Translations under genes and position numbers: made by a program | Shown here: in pieces, positions 10,361 through 19,610 of the stretch | Numbering within the stretch: position 1 is the first letter of the stretch | Layout: each line of letters opens with the position of its first letter | Source: a virus | Lineage: Duplodnaviria > Heunggongvirae > Uroviricota > Caudoviricetes | Reading direction: 5' to 3' (one strand) | Virus record (IMG/VR): IMGVR_UViG_3300034045_000104 | DNA length: 64,000 nt | The notes under the pieces: generated by a model | The model's database searches: none | Told to the model about the DNA's origin: nothing | The model's input: only the letters and a program-made list of their open reading frames with translations

Positions 10361-10555
10361 TTATTTATGAACCCGATTTAACAAATCACACGCCTTTTGT
10401 TTTATCAACAACTCATCCCCATACATTTTATTGAACTCAGCATTGGAAACCCTTACCTTGATTGGGAAAGATGAATTATTTAAAACAGGGGTTAAAATCA
10501 CATCGCTAACACTATTTAACCACCCAACAGATCGAATATCAGAAACCTTAATCAT
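10361..10555 (-). CDS. hypothetical protein
   Basis: 64-aa ORF, the first gene downstream of the iteron array. Confidence 0.3.
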   Translation of the reverse strand: MIKVSDIRSVGWLNSVSDVILTPVLNNSSFPIKVRVSNAEFNKMYGDELLIKQKACDLLNRVHK

Positions 10556-10633
10556 GCATCACCTACAATAATTATTAATTAAAATATATTATACGAGTGC
10601 GAGAAAACACACATTAGAAAACCAACAACAAAA

Positions 10634-10830
10634 AATGTTCCTGATGTCCGAATGGAAATGTTCCTGATATCCGAGTGGAAATATCCCTGTTATCCGTTGA
10701 AATACTCTATGTTTAGTTGAAATGTTCCTGTTATCCAAGTGGAAATATCCCTGTTATCCGTTGAAATGTTCCTGTTATCCGAGTGGAAGTGTTCCTGATA
10801 TCCGAGTGGAATTACAGTTATCCACAGACC
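10634..10830. repeat. iteron-like tandem direct repeats (8-9 copies, 20-23 bp period), candidate origin or operator array
   Basis: Unit about aaTGTTCCTGWTATCCGAGTGGaa, repeated head-to-tail with mild degeneracy. The last unit is agTTATCCACAgacc. An AT-rich tract lies at 10561-10633. Confidence 0.75.
10818..10826 (+). promoter_or_regulatory. perfect DnaA box TTATCCACA at end of iteron array
   Basis: Exact match to the DnaA-box consensus TTATNCACA. Upstream iterons carry TTATCC cores with 2-3 mismatches in the last three positions. Confidence 0.5.
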
Positions 10831-10868
10831 AATACCAAACCATCTGGTACGAACATCCATAGGAATAT

Positions 10869-10905
10869 AAAAATAAAAAAACGGCATACATTTAAATGTA
10901 TGCCG
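10869..10905 (-). terminator. rho-independent terminator downstream of methyltransferase gene
   Basis: Perfect 9-bp stem cggcataca/tgtatgccg with loop tttaaa, preceded on the plus strand by an A-run (T-run on the minus transcript). Confidence 0.65.
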
Positions 10906-10967
10906 CTAAATTTCTATTGGCAACCAATTCACCAATAGACCCCTAAAAAACAAATTTCAAACAAGCC

Positions 10968-11729
10968 TTATTTTGAACACCTAGCTTTAATCACACTCTG
11001 CTCAGAAAAACAATCAACTTGTCTAATTTCATTATTAATCCTTTTCACACTCCCATCATAATAATCCCTATCATTTTCACAGGCATCAATCTTATAGCCT
11101 AACTTATTTGATGAGATGGACAAAGAACCCGAACCATGATGAGAATCAAAGATAGTCATGCCAGGGCTTATGTATTTATTTAAAATCCAGTCATACAAAG
11201 CAACGGGCTTCTGACATGGATGGATTCGCATCTCATTTAATTTTTTATTGCCATTTTGAACATGGCCATTAATAACACCAGAACCTTGCATCATCCCACG
11301 CCACATGAATCTAAACAAATCCACTCTTGATGTCATGGAGTTATAAGCAATTTCACAATTACTTTGATCACTCCCCTCGTTGCATTTATCCCAAATGATT
11401 CTGCCAGAACCAAAATATTCATTAAAGTAATTGCATCCAAATATTATTTGATGTTTTGTGACTCTGCGCAACTCTTTAAAATACAAGCTGCCCACAGGTT
11501 CATCATCCCACTGTTTTCTTTTATATCCACCATCTACAACAAAAACCTTACCACCGTTAGCTTGTTCAACCCATGTTGAACGAGATGTACCTCCATGCTG
11601 TTTCCTACCCCACTGCGGGTCAACAATGCCGACATCATAATGATTGTCTTTAAGACCAGCCATAAACTCCATACAATCTACAAAATACAAAGAGGAGGTG
11701 CCAAGTGTTGTTTTTTCAAAATCTTTCAT
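10968..11729 (-). CDS. DNA methyltransferase, beta-class (N6-adenine or N4-cytosine; motif IV before motif I)
   Basis: N-terminal DPQW (DPPY/W-like motif IV, VGIVDPQWG) and C-terminal AdoMet motif I IFDSHHGSGSLSISSNKLGYKIDACEND. This order is typical of Pfam N6_N4_Mtase-type enzymes. Confidence 0.7.
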   Translation of the reverse strand: MKDFEKTTLGTSSLYFVDCMEFMAGLKDNHYDVGIVDPQWGRKQHGGTSRSTWVEQANGGKVFVVDGGYKRKQWDDEPVGSLYFKELRRVTKHQIIFGCNYFNEYFGSGRIIWDKCNEGSDQSNCEIAYNSMTSRVDLFRFMWRGMMQGSGVINGHVQNGNKKLNEMRIHPCQKPVALYDWILNKYISPGMTIFDSHHGSGSLSISSNKLGYKIDACENDRDYYDGSVKRINNEIRQVDCFSEQSVIKARCSK

Positions 11730-11743
11730 AATATCGCCTTAAT

Positions 11744-12061
11744 TTATGCTGCCAATGCCAAACAAACCTTGTTTTTAAGCACTCGTATTCTGTCAATGAT
11801 CTCAGAACAAATGGATCCGCACAACAATTCACCATTTCTTAATTGAGATTCTAATTCTTTTTCAAGCTCTGAAACGCATTTGCCTTCGAGTATATCTTGA
11901 ATGTCACCAACTGGCTTTATTTTTAAATCTTCAAGCAATTCGATTAATGCCTGCTCATATGAATCATGATAGTCTGTTATCTCCTCACCAACATCTGTCA
12001 TACCTATATAAACCGACTTGCCTGATGCTCCAAATTCTTGAGTTACTGTAAATTTTGACAT
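11744..12061 (-). CDS. hypothetical acidic protein
   Basis: 105-aa ORF. Confidence 0.35.
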   Translation of the reverse strand: MSKFTVTQEFGASGKSVYIGMTDVGEEITDYHDSYEQALIELLEDLKIKPVGDIQDILEGKCVSELEKELESQLRNGELLCGSICSEIIDRIRVLKNKVCLALAA

Positions 12062-12117
12062 GTCGCTAAATCTCCGTAATTGTTAATTAATATATTATAC
12101 AAATACTAGAATTTAAA

Positions 12118-12264
12118 TCATTCCCAATCACTAATTTCAAAGCTTCCACAATCAGGGCATAATTTACACTCATCGTCCAATGAAGATGTTTCACTAACCA
12201 ATTCCCCATGTTCCCCAACCCACCCACAACTATCACATTCCAACAATTCATCTAGTTCATCCAT
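12118..12264 (-). CDS. small zinc-ribbon protein (48 aa, CxxC-x26-CxxC), below ORF-track cutoff
   Basis: Reverse translation gives MDELDELLECDSCGWVGEHGELVSETSSLDDECKLCPDCGSFEISDWE*. A GGAG lies 7 nt upstream of the ATG. It fills a gap between genes that is otherwise empty. Confidence 0.35.
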   Translation of the reverse strand: MDELDELLECDSCGWVGEHGELVSETSSLDDECKLCPDCGSFEISDWE

Positions 12265-12299
12265 ATCACACTCCACTTACAAAAAACATTATCAAGACT

Positions 12300-12614
12300 C
12301 TATTCACACTTAAACAATAACTTTGAATCAATTATTTCTGGCTTTACACCATCTGCCAAACCCGCTGAAACATACAGCAACTCACCATCCTGCTTTTTTA
12401 CAAAAACATAGAAACCATCTTCAAATCTTTCATTTGCCCCTTTCAGGAGAGCATAATCAGTAATAGGAATAACGTCATCTTGTAGCATATCAGAACACAT
12501 GCGTAAAACCGTTTCTTCATCAAATCCAAACTTCTCATAAGATGGGGTAGGGCGCTTATCAATACTGGCACACCCAACCACAAACAAAACCATTATCAAA
12601 CCAATAATTCTCAT
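12300..12614 (-). CDS. putative lipoprotein
   Basis: N-terminus MRIIGLIMVLFVVGCAS has a signal peptide with a lipobox-like VVGC. Confidence 0.45.
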   Translation of the reverse strand: MRIIGLIMVLFVVGCASIDKRPTPSYEKFGFDEETVLRMCSDMLQDDVIPITDYALLKGANERFEDGFYVFVKKQDGELLYVSAGLADGVKPEIIDSKLLFKCE

Positions 12615-12678
12615 ACAATCTCCAAAGCCTATTATTTAAACATCATTAAATACAATTCATTATAGAAGAGCCAAAACA

Positions 12679-13068
12679 TCAATCAACAAAAATAATGCAC
12701 TTGTGTATCATCGCTTCAAGCAGTCTAAAGACAAAACTAGCCATGCCATCACATGATATAATATTATTTCTACCGTCATCATACTCAATCACAATCTCAC
12801 AGTGATTATGTACATACAAGTTAATTGCATCAGATACACTTATCTTTTCAACCTCAGCCAAATCAACTGCGACAAGATTTGGTATATCTTCTTTTTCATG
12901 ATCCTCATACCAGTCGTTAATTTCTTTCTCGGTCATTTTAAACAGGTCTTCAGGCAAGCCACCGCGAAAATAGTCAGATAAGTGCCACTCTAGCATTACA
13001 TATTCTTCAGTTAAGGCAAGTTTATTTTCCTTCAAACCCAATTCATTTGAATAGATATCTAGCTTCAT
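12679..13068 (-). CDS. hypothetical protein; paralog of the left-edge ORF (1-240)
   Basis: Shares the DYFRGGLPEDLF...INDWYEDHEKEDIPNLV block with the edge ORF. Confidence 0.45.
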   Translation of the reverse strand: MKLDIYSNELGLKENKLALTEEYVMLEWHLSDYFRGGLPEDLFKMTEKEINDWYEDHEKEDIPNLVAVDLAEVEKISVSDAINLYVHNHCEIVIEYDDGRNNIISCDGMASFVFRLLEAMIHKCIIFVD

Positions 13069-13583
13069 AGAGATGCCACTCCGTCCTTATCAGCATCTAA
13101 AATATCCTCAACCCAATCGCTAACAAGCCTCGGAAGCTCATCGAAAGATGGCTTGAAAGGATATTCCTCCATAGGATAAAGATTTAGGTCATTATCACCA
13201 TCAAACCAAACCTCATTTAATTTATAAAACGCCTTTACGAATTTCTTTAACGCCTTTTTCTGTCTTTTCGTTAATCGCACATCCGAATCATCTGAATCCT
13301 TTTGTTTTAAAGCCTTCAAAGCATCCTCAGCAAACTTATCAACCTGAACATCCCAATTTGAGTCAACAAAGAATCCATTTCCATTTGTCACCGCAAGAAA
13401 ATCATTGGTAATACCCGTACAAAGCTCCATAACACCCATACATCCACCATTAACACTAACGTCCTTCAACGCCGCATTTGATTCAATAGCAGAATTAACA
13501 ATTCTTGTAACATGATAATTTATATCAAGAATATCTTTAGCACCAAAACCATTTATTATTTTATCACTCTTCGAGTTCTCCAA
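13065..13583 (-). CDS. hypothetical protein
   Basis: 172-aa ORF with a 4-bp overlap to the downstream gene. Confidence 0.4.
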   Translation of the reverse strand: MENSKSDKIINGFGAKDILDINYHVTRIVNSAIESNAALKDVSVNGGCMGVMELCTGITNDFLAVTNGNGFFVDSNWDVQVDKFAEDALKALKQKDSDDSDVRLTKRQKKALKKFVKAFYKLNEVWFDGDNDLNLYPMEEYPFKPSFDELPRLVSDWVEDILDADKDGVASL

Positions 13584-13682
13584 TTTATAATTTATTTAAT
13601 ACTAAAATATAACTTGGCTACAAATATGAATTTACAAAACAAAAGCACACAACAAAAATCATATTGATTAATACACACCCCA

Positions 13683-14130
13683 TTAATCAATCAACTTTAA
13701 GGCAGGGGATTGAGGTATTGAACTACAGCCAGATTCATAAGGAAACAAACCATCTGGATCAGGCCAAAACAACACTCTTGCAAAAAATATACCACCCTTG
13801 TAATAACGCTTACAAGCCAACATATATTCTCCCACCTTTTCATTGGCATCTTTCAAAACAATATTATAGCCGCCATCCAAAACACCAGATATAGGTAGAC
13901 CAACTTCAAGAGATTTACCTTCAGCTAGCATATCTACAACATTACTTATGATGTGATGTCTTCCCATCCAAACCAAATATAATCAGATCAGGAACCCCAT
14001 ATGTTTTATTTAAACCAATAGTATAGGCATAATCCACATCATTGCCATCGGGGTCAAAAATAGTCACAACCGACCACCCAAATTTCTCTATGTTTTCCTC
14101 AACCGTTTTACTTAAATCAAATTTACTCAT
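13683..14130 (-). pseudogene. DUF4262-like gene split by a +1 frameshift (ORFs 13942-14130 and 13683-13976)
   Basis: The upstream piece ends ...YAYTIGLNKTYGVPDLIIFGLDGKTSHHK*. The downstream piece, in a different frame, begins (TTG)VWMGRHHIISNVVDMLAEGKSLEVG. Joined they give about 159 aa with the YT[IV]GL...PE/DLI[IV]FGL...AG architecture. The frame change lies near the ccc/ggg run at about 13960-13970. Confidence 0.45.
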
Positions 14131-14163
14131 ATTTTCACACTGTCTCCAGTTTTTATTTATATT

Positions 14164-15060
14164 CTACAACCGCCCATTAACCTCAAGCAAGTACAAATAT
14201 GTCCACTCAAATACATTTAAAGTTTTTAAATACAAACGCTTAAAAGAATCAAAACTACCAACATAGCATATATCGCGATTCTCATCACGCTCTACAACCA
14301 TTGTAAAATCCTTGAACATGCCACCCCTAAAATTATTTTCCTTAGCTATGTATTCAACCAAAAACCTTCCATATTTAAAATCACCAAACACATAACCACC
14401 AGAGCGTGATTTACTATAAGTCCACTGTATTCTTTCAATACTTCTTAATTCTTCAAACCCACCAATATGATCTTTAAAAAACATATCATTAGGCTCGTCA
14501 ACATTAGAATATCCACCAACCCTGAATTCATTGCTTCCACATGTATCATTCAGCTTATAAAAAAACATTCGAACAACTGAATTAATTCTTCTTTTATCAG
14601 TTGTTGTTAAAGCACGGGTAACATGTTCGCTATAAGCATGTAAAGCATCAACTCTCGTTGTTTCAATCAGCTGAATTTCGCTTATCTTTTTGTCCATGTC
14701 TGCATTTGTTAGTCCTTGGGATTGAATACAATCAAATAACTTTCTATCATGTTCATAAATGGCCATATACAGCTCATCATGCTCAGATAAGCCCTTCATG
14801 GTATAGATGCGAACCTCGTTATACTTACCACCCTTATAAACATTAGAATAAAATTTACCAAAATTATTTTCATCAAACTGAGCACAAACAATAAACAGGT
14901 TGTCATAATTGGATTCTTGAGAGGCATCATCATAAAACTTACCAAATGCAAGTTCAACATACTCACCACTTTCATCACAACCATTATAATCTCTACTAGC
15001 ATCAATTGGCGTGATATCTAAAAACAAACTTACAGCTGACTTCAACATCCAAATCTCCAA
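14164..15060 (-). CDS. hypothetical protein
   Basis: 298-aa ORF. Opposite-strand and overlapping ORFs (14658-14846 and 14796-15005) are probably spurious. Confidence 0.45.
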   Translation of the reverse strand: MEIWMLKSAVSLFLDITPIDASRDYNGCDESGEYVELAFGKFYDDASQESNYDNLFIVCAQFDENNFGKFYSNVYKGGKYNEVRIYTMKGLSEHDELYMAIYEHDRKLFDCIQSQGLTNADMDKKISEIQLIETTRVDALHAYSEHVTRALTTTDKRRINSVVRMFFYKLNDTCGSNEFRVGGYSNVDEPNDMFFKDHIGGFEELRSIERIQWTYSKSRSGGYVFGDFKYGRFLVEYIAKENNFRGGMFKDFTMVVERDENRDICYVGSFDSFKRLYLKTLNVFEWTYLYLLEVNGRL

Positions 15061-15099
15061 TTATTAATACTATATTGTACGCACGCTAATAAATGGCGA

Positions 15100-15480
15100 T
15101 TAAGAATCATGATGTTGCAAAAACTCATAACCTACAGACTCAATGGCATCATAACAGGCAATAAGCCATTCAATAAATATATCCAAAGTTGTATTGGCAA
15201 CAAACTCACCATCGTTATAAGACAGGTCAAACCAAATTTTTTCACCTGCATCAGTCTCTATCCAATCACAAGTGTATTTACTCCAACAAATTCTTTCAGG
15301 TTTTTCCAATTTAGCCAAAAAAGAACCCGCACAATCCAATATTTTAATGCCCTTTTTATTCTCAACAACATCATATGGAGCCAGATCGATATTTATTACA
15401 GCCATTTTATTTGTCAGTAAATTTAGTTGATTAATAATAAGACAACGAGAAACCCAGAACTTACATAGTGACAACATCAC
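15100..15480 (-). CDS. hypothetical protein
   Basis: 126-aa ORF. The opposite-strand ORF 15109-15420 is probably spurious. Confidence 0.35.
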   Translation of the reverse strand: MMLSLCKFWVSRCLIINQLNLLTNKMAVINIDLAPYDVVENKKGIKILDCAGSFLAKLEKPERICWSKYTCDWIETDAGEKIWFDLSYNDGEFVANTTLDIFIEWLIACYDAIESVGYEFLQHHDS

Positions 15481-15589
15481 TTGGATTAAACTAACTTCAT
15501 TACCCCATACAAAACTTTAAAAAGGCCTTACCCCGCACATGAATGACAGGGTTTTACGCCTAAACGTGATAATGACCCTAATTTTCAAT

Positions 15590-15811
15590 TTAAGCCCAAC
15601 CTTCAATATAACCTTGAGCCTCAAGTTTTTTAATATAAGCCTTGAGCTTTAATTTATTTTTGAAAGTAGCAATCCCAAAAAAATCACTGCCGTCCTTATG
15701 CTTTTCCACTCCATCATGCTCATTTACTAGATACTTCACACTACCAACACCATACATGACGTTATAACGCTTAATGCCACGACTTTGTTTGCCACCATCC
15801 AATTTACCCAT
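15590..15811 (-). CDS. hypothetical protein
   Basis: 73-aa ORF. Confidence 0.3.
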   Translation of the reverse strand: MGKLDGGKQSRGIKRYNVMYGVGSVKYLVNEHDGVEKHKDGSDFFGIATFKNKLKLKAYIKKLEAQGYIEGWA

Positions 15812-15936
15812 GCCTTCACTCCAATTATTTATTTATGAAAAATTATAAACCAGCCAAAATTCCAGCCAATAAAAAAGCCAGAGAATAATTACATTCCCTG
15901 TATCCTTTTAAGACCAGCTCACTAGATAATCAGCTT

Positions 15937-16254
15937 TTAATACTCCTTTTTAATCACAACAAAGTCACTACCAATTTGTTTTAAACATTCCAAGACCAGT
16001 GCGTGACTCTCTTGTATATTTGCCATACTTAAACCACTCATTAACCCATCAATCAAAGGAGCTACACCATCACTCGATATTTCTATTTCCCATACAAGCT
16101 TTTTTATTACTGGCATCAGCCAATCCCAAGAAGATTTAAATTGAATTGGCGAGACAGTACCATCTAAATATTTTGGATTGGTACATTTATCACCATTAGG
16201 TGTTATTTCCAAACCCATAAAATTTACTATTAAAATATCTTCTTTATCACTCAC
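15937..16254 (-). CDS. hypothetical protein
   Basis: 105-aa ORF. Confidence 0.35.
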   Translation of the reverse strand: MSDKEDILIVNFMGLEITPNGDKCTNPKYLDGTVSPIQFKSSWDWLMPVIKKLVWEIEISSDGVAPLIDGLMSGLSMANIQESHALVLECLKQIGSDFVVIKKEY

Positions 16255-16316
16255 ACTATTTCTCCTTTGATTTATAACTTTAATACTTGATTATCACTTG
16301 CCTAAAATTTCAACGA

Positions 16317-17381
16317 TTAAAATGGGAGCTCGCATCGTTTCGACCAATCATCACCACCACTTGCTTTGCAGTATTTTTTAAAAACCTCAAACATCTTCTT
16401 AAATCCCCAATTTGCATCAAACTCAAAATTATTCTCTATTGCCATCCTTTTGGTATCTCGAAACGTCCTAGTTTTTTCATACCAATCATCATCATTAGAA
16501 ACCTTTGCATGAGTATCTGCCCACAATTTAGCATCATCTTCTGCGTATTCATCCCATACAACTCTTCGCACAATTGTAGTAGCTTTAAGTTGCATTATAA
16601 ATTTCAATCTGTCTAGTTGTAGTTCAAGCATATCTCCAGGAAAATTCTCAGGCTCGCCTTCCCGCAAAACTCTGCCACCTATACCAGAAAAACCATTACA
16701 ATTATTAATTACCATAACATCATCTAGCTCATCACCTATAAAAAAGTTTTGGTAAGGACCCGCCAGCACTAATCTTGGAAAAAGCGAGCAATCCAACATC
16801 ACTTTGGCAATCTTGATAGTCAAATACTGTTTTTTAGAGCTGATGTTTTCCCACTCATCCTGACTTAGTTTTGATTTAAGTTCGCTAGGCGATAGACCTG
16901 TTACCGCCACGATTGGAAGTAAGTTAAGATATTCACCCTTTAGATAGGCTTTTGTAACGATATCAAGATTAACCCACATACTCTCCAACAGAGCAGGGCA
17001 AATCTTGCCACCGACACGTATTCCCTGAGCAACCAACCTAGCCATAGGCTCAACAGGCTTCACCCAGTAGTCATAAGAGGCTTTAATTAACCGAGCGTAA
17101 AACTTTTTACCAAAATACTCATAGAAATATTTATGTGCTTCATCCAATATATGAACAAAATTTCTCACGTTGCCACGGAACTTTTCTGGAACATCAATAT
17201 TGTTACTTTTAAGAATATCAACTTTATATAGCGTATGATGCTCCTTAAGATGGACAACTGGCATAAAAAACCCCTGATGCTCCCAATTACCTATTTTTGT
17301 AACTATATTTTTTTCATCAAAACTTATATCAAAACTACAACTCTCGTTTATTTTACTCAAATCAAACATATATTTTCTCAA
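16317..17381 (-). CDS. hypothetical protein
   Basis: 354-aa ORF with no recognisable motif. Confidence 0.45.
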   Translation of the reverse strand: MRKYMFDLSKINESCSFDISFDEKNIVTKIGNWEHQGFFMPVVHLKEHHTLYKVDILKSNNIDVPEKFRGNVRNFVHILDEAHKYFYEYFGKKFYARLIKASYDYWVKPVEPMARLVAQGIRVGGKICPALLESMWVNLDIVTKAYLKGEYLNLLPIVAVTGLSPSELKSKLSQDEWENISSKKQYLTIKIAKVMLDCSLFPRLVLAGPYQNFFIGDELDDVMVINNCNGFSGIGGRVLREGEPENFPGDMLELQLDRLKFIMQLKATTIVRRVVWDEYAEDDAKLWADTHAKVSNDDDWYEKTRTFRDTKRMAIENNFEFDANWGFKKMFEVFKKYCKASGGDDWSKRCELPF

Positions 17382-17450
17382 AGTTATTTACATTGAAAAA
17401 TTATAACTAAACGGGAATCACAACCATTAACAGAACAATGACATAGCAGA

Positions 17451-17993
17451 CTAACCCGCCCTTTTCATTCCCTGTAAGAGCTCACCCTGAGTAGGGTTCC
17501 ATTCCTTTTTATCCATAGAATTAACATGTTCTATTAATTTACTGATAAAAACCCTGGCATCTTTGTAGTTCCAATATCTTTTGAGCGATTGTGCAAAATA
17601 GAAAGTACGATACCTCCTTCTTGTAAAGAACTTCATATCACGCCCAGTACCCATAGGACATTTCAAATAAACTTTTGATTTAGTGACATAAATATTAAAT
17701 ACATATAAACCCGTATCACTATCACGTTCAAAGCAATGCTTTATATCTGCAGGAATATCGACAAACCACTCTACAGAAAAAGTAAACCTAACATCTTGCT
17801 CATAGTTGATACTTATCCGATTATCAGTCATAGCCTGTGCTAGATTGAAATTCTCACAACCTGAGTTATTACCATCTAAATTATGACCATTGATCTCAAC
17901 GACTCCTACATCATCAATAAACTTAACTACTCTTTCATACAGTTTATCGAAAAACCCATAATCACTAACATCTACATTATCTAATTCACGCAT
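17451..17993 (-). CDS. hypothetical protein
   Basis: 180-aa ORF. Confidence 0.4.
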   Translation of the reverse strand: MRELDNVDVSDYGFFDKLYERVVKFIDDVGVVEINGHNLDGNNSGCENFNLAQAMTDNRISINYEQDVRFTFSVEWFVDIPADIKHCFERDSDTGLYVFNIYVTKSKVYLKCPMGTGRDMKFFTRRRYRTFYFAQSLKRYWNYKDARVFISKLIEHVNSMDKKEWNPTQGELLQGMKRAG

Positions 17994-18034
17994 TGCATAC
18001 TATCCAATTAATTCAATACACTATTATCAATAAA

Positions 18035-18343
18035 CTAAAAATTACACACCAAAGGCCCATCTAACATTTCTAATAAACCTAACATTTCATATTCATCACT
18101 ATCTACAATCATACAAGGCTGTTCCCAATACTTTGATTTAAGAAACCACTCCTTGCCCGTGCTGACAGATTTCAAACTTAACATTTCATCATCAACACCT
18201 ACCAAGTAGTAACAATCTGATTGACCAAGATGCTTAAGATGATTTAAAAACCCCGTGCCACCAAAAGCAATAATCTTACCAATCAAATCAGCAAGAGTAT
18301 CCTCGTCAACAAAAGGGAAGGGCATGTAATAAAGTATCATCAT
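18035..18343 (-). CDS. hypothetical protein
   Basis: 102-aa ORF. Confidence 0.35.
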   Translation of the reverse strand: MMILYYMPFPFVDEDTLADLIGKIIAFGGTGFLNHLKHLGQSDCYYLVGVDDEMLSLKSVSTGKEWFLKSKYWEQPCMIVDSDEYEMLGLLEMLDGPLVCNF

Positions 18344-18739
18344 GCATCAGCGTGGTTAAACACAACCCAATGATACCAACGCCTAACAAAATCAAGCGGA
18401 GCTACCCCCAACAAAACTCACCTTTTCATGATGATACTATGATGCTCAATATTGACTATATAAGTCAAAATAATACCAACCCATGATGAAACTCTATTCC
18501 TTGCTTACAATCCATGTAGACTGGAAATAAAGTATCATCGCCTTTAATAAAGTGTCATCCTCTAAATTAACAAATAACCATATACAGTTATTTGGTCAAA
18601 TTAATTCCAAATAATTAACTAATATCTGGAATTTTACGATGATACTTTAAATTTAAAATTTACTAAATTAAGCAAAAAACTAACCTATAATACCGTTTTA
18701 ACGATTAAACTTTATTTTCAATCTACAATCCATTAAACC
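18344..18739. promoter_or_regulatory. about 400-bp non-coding region with repeated AAAGTATCATC motifs and a conserved 17-mer
   Basis: TAAAGTATCATC or TAAAGTGTCATC appears at about 18335, 18527 and 18548, with inverted copies GATGATACT at about 18432 and 18638. The 17-mer cTcTATTCCTTGCTTACA at 18491-18508 recurs 17/18 identical at about 35346-35363. Confidence 0.4.
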
Positions 18740-19015
18740 TTAAACATATGGCATACAGGTTTCGTCTTTAGCAACATTGGCACAAAATCCTACAGCACCT
18801 TCATTTCTCAAATCAAAGCCCCTGGCATCGGTTATTTGAGTGTATTTAATAGCGGTATCTCGAATACTCCGCCAAAAATTCTGTTGCAGAGTTCTGTGCT
18901 CTTTGGCAACCACCTCAGCAATCGTCTGACCTACTGCATCAGCACCACCCATGATATTTAACTGTGACATCAACACACCAATAGCACTGGCAACCTTTTC
19001 TTTATCTATACTCAT
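18740..19015 (-). CDS. hypothetical protein
   Basis: 91-aa ORF. Confidence 0.35.
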   Translation of the reverse strand: MSIDKEKVASAIGVLMSQLNIMGGADAVGQTIAEVVAKEHRTLQQNFWRSIRDTAIKYTQITDARGFDLRNEGAVGFCANVAKDETCMPYV

Positions 19016-19071
19016 GACCTAAACCTCAAAATTAATAACAGTTAATGATAATTAGACTCAAAATCGATAAA

Positions 19072-19278
19072 TTAAACCATCTCAACAATTTTAAAAAACT
19101 TTACATCTTGAGATTTCAATTCATCTAACGAAGAACAACGGTCATCGCCAACACAGTTCTCATCCCCATAAAAAATAAGATCCTCATCAGGGTTACAACC
19201 ACTCATGCGAAACATTTGACCATCAATTGAAATAAACGCACTCTCCAACAACTTAAACCTCAACTCATCTTTATCCAT
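19072..19278 (-). CDS. hypothetical acidic protein
   Basis: 68-aa ORF. Confidence 0.3.
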   Translation of the reverse strand: MDKDELRFKLLESAFISIDGQMFRMSGCNPDEDLIFYGDENCVGDDRCSSLDELKSQDVKFFKIVEMV

Positions 19279-19336
19279 AATTACTCTCCAAAACTAAATA
19301 AAATAAAATAACCAACAAAGCACCAACGAATAATGC

Positions 19337-19561
19337 CTAGCAAGGTAAACCATATGAAAAACTCCATGCTCCAGAATAAGATGGAGACGAATCACTTTCA
19401 AAACACAATTCTCCAGAGGTAAAGCCACCCTTTCTCATCTCCATAATTCTTTCCTCTGCGTGCTCTTCTAACTGCTCAAGAACGTCATTCGGTATAGTTT
19501 CTTTACTCCCATCTGAACGCCACCAATTAAATTTTATATTTATTACACTTTCTATAGACAC
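19337..19561 (-). CDS. hypothetical protein
   Basis: 74-aa ORF. Confidence 0.3.
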   Translation of the reverse strand: MSIESVINIKFNWWRSDGSKETIPNDVLEQLEEHAEERIMEMRKGGFTSGELCFESDSSPSYSGAWSFSYGLPC

Positions 19562-19610
19562 TTTAATCTCCTACATTAATATCAATTTATAATAACTACA
19601 CTCAAAACCG

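Noticed and set aside
10634-10830. Possible CRISPR array, given the regular short repeats
   Set aside because: The units abut one another with no unique spacers, the repeats are degenerate, and no cas genes are present. Both this array and the one at 48712-49466 fit iteron or operator arrays instead.
10690-10887. 65-aa ORF in the ORF track
   Set aside because: It lies entirely within the iteron array and terminator. Its translation is a compositional artefact of the repeats.
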